10,291 nucleotides of DNA from the NCBI GenBank assembly GCA_016840855.1, contig JAEORO010000002.1, positions 1 to 10,291 on the forward strand. Direction: 5' to 3'. This document shows positions 5,980-10,291 of the stretch, piece by piece. Numbering within the stretch: position 1 is the stretch's first letter; the number at the start of each line of letters is the position of its first letter. A program made the position numbers and the translations under genes. The notes beneath the pieces were generated by a model, which searched no databases, was not told the origin of the DNA, and was given only the letters and a program-made list of their open reading frames with translations. Origin of the DNA: Candidatus Thorarchaeota archaeon. Lineage in GTDB: Archaea > Asgardarchaeota > Thorarchaeia > Thorarchaeales > Thorarchaeaceae.

Positions 5980-6672
5980 TCATTCTTGACTTAAGGATGT
6001 CAAGACCTCTTGATTGAAACCCTTGACTATCAGCCAGACTCCTATTGCTATTTCGAAGAACATGGTAGGAAGCTCTAGGAACAAGGAGATGTCAGTGATT
6101 CCAAAGAGTCCAAGGAATGAACTGGCAAATCCCATTAGAGTGACAATGAGTCCAAACACTCCAAGCCACTTAGGAACCAATGTAGTTCTGAAAAAGATGT
6201 AGCAATACATGAAAGCTCCAGCATTAAACGCAAAAGTCGCAAGGACCCCTGTCATCTCATTCATACTGAGAAAGGTGTGAACTAAAATCTGATAGGTTGT
6301 ATCAGCAGGAGATCCAGCTGCAACATATGCGTTACTTGCAATAAGCACTGCAATAAATAATAGGGCTCCAACACTAAAGAGAGCGGTCTCTATCAGACGA
6401 AAACCAACAGCAGACAGCGCTATTGACTCATTATACTTCTTGAGAACTGGATAGAGAAATATCGCAATGTTGGCCGTGATGAGAGCCATAGAGAAGAATA
6501 GTAGTGAACCAATTAGAATACCTGTCTCATTCTGAGAGAAGAATGCTACATTTGTCTCCGCTTGTTGATATTCGCCTAGAAAGATGGCGCCTACTATTCC
6601 CACTACTATTGCTAGTAGCCACATTAATCCTGCAACTTGTGCATTAAGTTTGTATGATTCGGTTTTACTCAT
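5980..6672 (-). CDS. DUF4386-family multi-pass membrane protein (~6 TM)
   Basis: Motifs AQVAGLMWL, LYPVLKKYNESIAL...FRLIE, LVPKWLGVFGLI and FEIAIGVWLIVKGF, with hydrophobic segments. SD GAGGTG upstream. Confidence 0.8.
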   Translation of the reverse strand: MSKTESYKLNAQVAGLMWLLAIVVGIVGAIFLGEYQQAETNVAFFSQNETGILIGSLLFFSMALITANIAIFLYPVLKKYNESIALSAVGFRLIETALFSVGALLFIAVLIASNAYVAAGSPADTTYQILVHTFLSMNEMTGVLATFAFNAGAFMYCYIFFRTTLVPKWLGVFGLIVTLMGFASSFLGLFGITDISLFLELPTMFFEIAIGVWLIVKGFNQEVLTSLSQE

Positions 6673-6696
6673 GTGAACACCTCATATGGTACACTA

Positions 6697-7113
6697 TTAG
6701 TCCACTTTCAAGGGCCATTTGAATGCAAACCAAATTATCAGAATCAAGCAAACGAATTCTATACCAGCAAGTACAATGTAATAGGCTGTAATTGTGTTTA
6801 GAAATGTTGCAAACAGTATCACGATCTGGAAAATTCCGATAACGATGTTAAGTGGACGATTCACCTTTGGCATCAATACCAAGGATAGGATTACCATGAG
6901 AATTGGGAGCGCCATCATTATTGCCATTGCTAACAGCATCTCCTGAGTCAATGGTACACCTGCAATTTCTCCTGCTAGAATTTCAGCCAAATTCCCAGGT
7001 GAATAGAATCCCAAAACATCTGCATATGAATAACAGAACATCAAGGTTATCCATAAAGCAGAGAGTTTGATCTTTACATTAATTTTGAAATCTTCGAAAG
7101 TATTCGAGTTCAT
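6697..7113 (-). CDS. DUF6326-family small membrane protein (4 TM), paralog 1
   Basis: Same motif set as 5559-5966 (FEDFKINVKIKLSALW...YADVLGFYSPG...NRPLNI...WFAFKWP). ATG 7113 preferred because of SD AGGAG at 7127-7123. Confidence 0.8.
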   Translation of the reverse strand: MNSNTFEDFKINVKIKLSALWITLMFCYSYADVLGFYSPGNLAEILAGEIAGVPLTQEMLLAMAIMMALPILMVILSLVLMPKVNRPLNIVIGIFQIVILFATFLNTITAYYIVLAGIEFVCLILIIWFAFKWPLKVD

Positions 7114-7162
7114 TTTTTGTTTCTCCTTTTCACGCTCCATCTACTTTCACAGATGGGAACGA

Positions 7163-7258
7163 GTATAATATTATACAACATAGCATATAAATATTTACAT
7201 AGAGTTCAATATTGTAAGATTTGTATAATTTTGTTATTGATGTAAAAATATATAAGCT
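7163..7258. promoter_or_regulatory. Divergent promoter pair plus AATATT-centred palindromic operator(s)
   Basis: Perfect 14-bp palindrome GTATAATATTATAC at 7163-7176, with related sites at 7204-7217 and 7223-7236. Minus TATA TTTATA at 7191-7186; plus TATA TATATAAG at 7249-7256. Confidence 0.7.
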
Positions 7259-7281
7259 CTGAAGACACATGATATAGTGAA

Positions 7282-8034
7282 ATGGCATCAGATAAGACAC
7301 CTAAGAAAAAGAAACTCAGAGTTAGAAAAAAAGAGAAGACCAGACAAGCAATCCTAGCAGCTGCAGAAGAATTCTTCTCGAAAAAACCGATGAACGAAGT
7401 TAGTCTAGAAGAAATCGCGGAAGCTGCATTTGTGAGTAGAACTACATTATACAATTACTTCAAAAACAAGGATGCCATTTTCTTCGGACTTGGTATCGAG
7501 AAATTTGAAGACTTGATTAATCGATATGGAGAGAATTATTCTGATGATTTGTCTGGATTTGAACAAGTCATACAGCTTTGTGAAATTGCCTTTTCTGCAG
7601 CTCAACACAATCCTCTGACACATGAAATAATTCGAGAATTCTATAAACGCATACAGTATCATAATATATCACTGAACGAATTACATGGAAAAATTAGGAA
7701 AGCTCAACTGAGCGATGCAAAATATCGCGTGCGAACTCCACAATATGAAACATTGCTTGAGGAATTTGAAGAACCTTACTTGATTGAGTTCTATATCAGA
7801 ATAGAAAGAAATACTGTTCTATGGATCAATGCAGTCAAAAAGGGAAAAGTAGATGGAACGATAACAAATGACCTTACCGCTGATCAGATTGTTGAATTCA
7901 TGTACATGTTATTGATGGGTATAGAAGATGAAATGAAACTACGAGAATCAACTCTCGATAGGATAGGACTTGATAGTACAACTATTGATGAAAATGTCTT
8001 GGGTCTAATTGCCTCATTTTTGAAGCAAATGTGA
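7282..8034 (+). CDS. TetR/AcrR-family transcriptional regulator, 250 aa
   Basis: HTH RKKEKTRQAILAAAEEFFSKKPMNEVSLEEIAEAAFVSRTTLYNYFKNKDAI and C-terminal GKVDGTI. ATG lies ~26 nt after the TATA box (leaderless). Confidence 0.92.
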   Translation: MASDKTPKKKKLRVRKKEKTRQAILAAAEEFFSKKPMNEVSLEEIAEAAFVSRTTLYNYFKNKDAIFFGLGIEKFEDLINRYGENYSDDLSGFEQVIQLCEIAFSAAQHNPLTHEIIREFYKRIQYHNISLNELHGKIRKAQLSDAKYRVRTPQYETLLEEFEEPYLIEFYIRIERNTVLWINAVKKGKVDGTITNDLTADQIVEFMYMLLMGIEDEMKLRESTLDRIGLDSTTIDENVLGLIASFLKQM

Positions 8035-8059
8035 GTTGCAGATAAAGTCCAGAACTCAC
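8031..8059. terminator. Short inverted repeat spanning the gap between convergent stop codons
   Basis: GTGAGTT 8031-8037 / AACTCAC 8053-8059. Confidence 0.3.
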
Positions 8060-8398
8060 CTAATACTCTGCTTCAACAATAACTGCGGTTCCATAGGCTG
8101 AAAAGACAGTTGCGGTTCCTGCGAGGATATCACTGGTTTCAAAATCTGCCCCGATGACAGCATTTGCACCCATCTGTTGCGCATTTGCTTTTAGTCTATC
8201 TAATGCCTCTGCCTTTGATCTTTCACATTCTTCTGTATAGGAGTGTACCTCGCCGCCAAAGATACCACTTATTCCAGCGGAAATCTTTCCACCTACACCT
8301 CTTGTTCGAACTGTAAGTCCATGAACTGACCCAAGTACACGAACAACCCTATAGCCTGGAAGATGTGGAAGTGTTACTACCAAAATTCCTTCTGTCAT
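8060..8398 (-). CDS. ybjQ: YbjQ / UPF0145 family putative heavy-metal-binding protein
   Basis: Pattern LPGYRVVRVLGSVHGLTVRTR...GGEVHSYT......AEALDRLKANAQQMGANAVIG......SAYGTAVIVE. TATA TTTATAT at 8427-8421, about 23 nt upstream. Confidence 0.9.
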   Translation of the reverse strand: MTEGILVVTLPHLPGYRVVRVLGSVHGLTVRTRGVGGKISAGISGIFGGEVHSYTEECERSKAEALDRLKANAQQMGANAVIGADFETSDILAGTATVFSAYGTAVIVEAEY

Positions 8399-8616
8399 GC
8401 CTTGAGATAGGTTTGTGGGAATATAAAGTTCAGGAGAGCCAAATAGCTGAGCAAACAGTCATACTCTGCTAGTTTTCTCTATAGACGTTTATAACAAATA
8501 TGAGTGTCAATAGAGGAAATAGAAAGTTTGAAACTGCTGCCCACCATTGAAACAGAGGGCTATGCCAGTTCGGATCTCTTTTACTAATTCCCCTCGTACT
8601 CATAATCCTCTTCTGC

Positions 8617-9600
8617 CTAACTGTCAACTATTGTGATAATTACATTACCCTTCTTGCGACCCGTTTCAACATATCTGTGAGCTTCAGCAGCTTGATCAAG
8701 AGGGAATCTTCGATCAATCGCAACTCTTAGTTTACCTTCCTCTATGAGATTCTTAATGAAGAGCAAATCATCAGTTGTTTCCTCCACGATTTTGGATACT
8801 GTTTTCTTACTGCTTGTTAGATTGTGCACTCGTGCTCTTATGCTTCTAAGTATTCCATAAGTAACAAAGAGATAGATTCCTCCATTTTTTAATGACCTTA
8901 CACTACCTGAAAACGGACTTGTTCCAATGGTATCAAAAATGATATCGTATATTTCGCCACTTTTGGTGAAGTCTTCTTTTTTGTAATCAACAATCTTATC
9001 AGCTCCCATAGATCTCACTAGATCGATTTTTGTGGTGCTACAAACCCCTGTCACTTCTGCTCCGAAGTACTTGGCAAGCTGAACTGTAAACAAACCTACT
9101 CCACCAGAGGCACCATAGATAAGGATTTTCTGGCCCCTCTGGATATTTGTCATTCTCAGAAAATACAATGCAGATAGTGCACCTTGCTGGACAGCAGCTG
9201 CTTCGTCATAAGTCATATTGATTGGTTTCGTTGCCATTACACTTTCTTCTTGAAGACAAATGTATTCGGCATATGCCCCCATCCTCATCCCAAGATAAGC
9301 AAAGATCTGATCACCTATGTTGAACGAAGTAACATCTTTTCCGACTGCTTCAATATCCCCAGCCAGCTCAGTCCCAAGTAGAGTATCCTTCGGAAACCTG
9401 ATACCCGTTACTAGTCGCATTAGGAACCTGAACATACGGCTACTACTTCGAATCCAACAGTCAAATTTGGTTACAGTTGCCGCATGAATCTTCACTAATA
9501 CTTCGTTCTCTTTTGGAATTGGTTTGTCAATCATTTTGGTCTGAAGGACTTCAGGAGGTCCAAATCTTCTGCAGACTGCTGCTTTCATTTTAGAGTTCAT
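8617..9600 (-). CDS. NAD(P)-dependent medium-chain dehydrogenase/reductase, zinc-independent quinone-oxidoreductase-like
   Basis: Motifs MKAAV...FGPPEVL, EVLVKIHAATV, LGTELAGDIEAVG, GAYAEY, ILIYGASGGVG, AHRYVETGRKKGNV. No zinc-ligand Cys/His pattern. Start is ATG 9600 or 9588. Confidence 0.9.
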   Translation of the reverse strand: MNSKMKAAVCRRFGPPEVLQTKMIDKPIPKENEVLVKIHAATVTKFDCWIRSSSRMFRFLMRLVTGIRFPKDTLLGTELAGDIEAVGKDVTSFNIGDQIFAYLGMRMGAYAEYICLQEESVMATKPINMTYDEAAAVQQGALSALYFLRMTNIQRGQKILIYGASGGVGLFTVQLAKYFGAEVTGVCSTTKIDLVRSMGADKIVDYKKEDFTKSGEIYDIIFDTIGTSPFSGSVRSLKNGGIYLFVTYGILRSIRARVHNLTSSKKTVSKIVEETTDDLLFIKNLIEEGKLRVAIDRRFPLDQAAEAHRYVETGRKKGNVIITIVDS

Positions 9601-9633
9601 TTCAAAGCAACTTCTTAATTTTGCGCAACTCAA

Positions 9634-10291
9634 TTAGTTAAGCACTGTAATTGCTACATTTCCTTTCTTACGTCCAGTTTCAACATACCTTGTGGCTTCG
9701 ATGATATCCTCAAGTGGAAACGTCCTATCAATGACAGGCTTTAGATGTCCAGCTTCAATTAGCTCTCGGAATAGCACCAAGTTATCGAGAGCACCTGTAG
9801 CTGTTCCACCTAGAATTCTCTTGTTGCCTTTCTTAGGCGCAAATTTTGCCTGAACACTGCGTCTCATCATATGAACAGCATCTAGAAAGACGCCTCCTTC
9901 TTTTAGCGCTTTCATGGAACGACGCAATGAAAGCTTGCCCACTGCATCGAAGATAGCGTCATAGGTCACCTCATTTTGAGTGAAGTCTTCTGTCCTGTAG
10001 TCTATCAATTTGTCAGCTCCGAGTTCTTTAACCCAATCATGATTTGATGCACTGCAGACAGCTGTGACTTCCGCACCAAAGTACTTTGCAAGTTGGACTC
10101 CGTAGGATCCAACGGATGAAGAAGCACCATAGATCAACACTTTCTGTCCCGGTTGGACATTGCCTTGAGTTCTGAGGAAGAACAAAGCTGTGTCCGCACC
10201 AACAGGGATGACAGCTGATTCCTCGAAGGTAAGATTGGTTGGTTTATGTGTGATGCCGCCATCATCACTACTACGAGCATCTTCAGGTATA
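9634..10291 (-). CDS. Second MDR/QOR-like oxidoreductase paralog, 5'-truncated by the window edge
   Basis: The frame stays open beyond 10185 to the edge (IPEDARSSDDGGITHKPTNLTFEESAVIPVGADTALFFLR...). Motifs VLIYGASSSVG, VQLAKYFGAEVT and YVETGRKKGNV are shared with the neighbouring gene. Confidence 0.9.
   Translation of the reverse strand, partial: IPEDARSSDDGGITHKPTNLTFEESAVIPVGADTALFFLRTQGNVQPGQKVLIYGASSSVGSYGVQLAKYFGAEVTAVCSASNHDWVKELGADKLIDYRTEDFTQNEVTYDAIFDAVGKLSLRRSMKALKEGGVFLDAVHMMRRSVQAKFAPKKGNKRILGGTATGALDNLVLFRELIEAGHLKPVIDRTFPLEDIIEATRYVETGRKKGNVAITVLN

Noticed and set aside
5559-7113. Antiparallel (SMR/Fluc-like dual-topology) heterodimer model for the two DUF6326 paralogs
   Set aside because: Both have Lys/Arg at the N-terminus, loop 2 and C-terminus and an acidic loop 1, predicting the same N-in orientation.
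452-9381. Short alternative-frame or antisense ORFs (452-637, 1392-1628, 2619-2918, 2984-3178, 3396-3608, 3428-3655, 4207-4500, 5128-5562, 5713-5907, 6014-6202, 7206-7454, 7447-7662, 9184-9381)
   Set aside because: All overlap well-supported genes, have no recognisable motifs and look like shadow ORFs.
9601-9633. TTG start at 9633 giving an MSCAKLRSCFE extension
   Set aside because: It abuts the upstream stop codon with no SD, and family members normally begin at MKA.

Overview
Accessory-looking region of a prokaryotic chromosome (about 38-40% GC by eye), most likely archaeal. The basis is TTTATA/TTTAAG TATA boxes about 23-30 nt before several starts, GAGGTG/GGAGG ribosome sites and an archaeal-type tRNA. 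An Asgard/Thorarchaeota-like source is only an impression. From left to right it holds: a partial ORF; an SRPBCC + 2x SnoaL/NTF2-like fusion built by a 510-bp tandem duplication and bracketed by short direct repeats; a degenerate tRNA-Arg(TCT) directly upstream of a DUF4037 nucleotidyltransferase-like gene; a TetR / SAM-methyltransferase divergon with two operators; an AT-rich DJ-1/PfpI gene; a DUF6326-DUF4386-DUF6326 membrane operon divergent from a second TetR; a YbjQ/UPF0145 gene; and two tandem zinc-free MDR oxidoreductases. The overall theme is small-molecule sensing and detoxification. No transposase, integrase or CRISPR array is visible. Family calls come from motif recognition only, with no database search.
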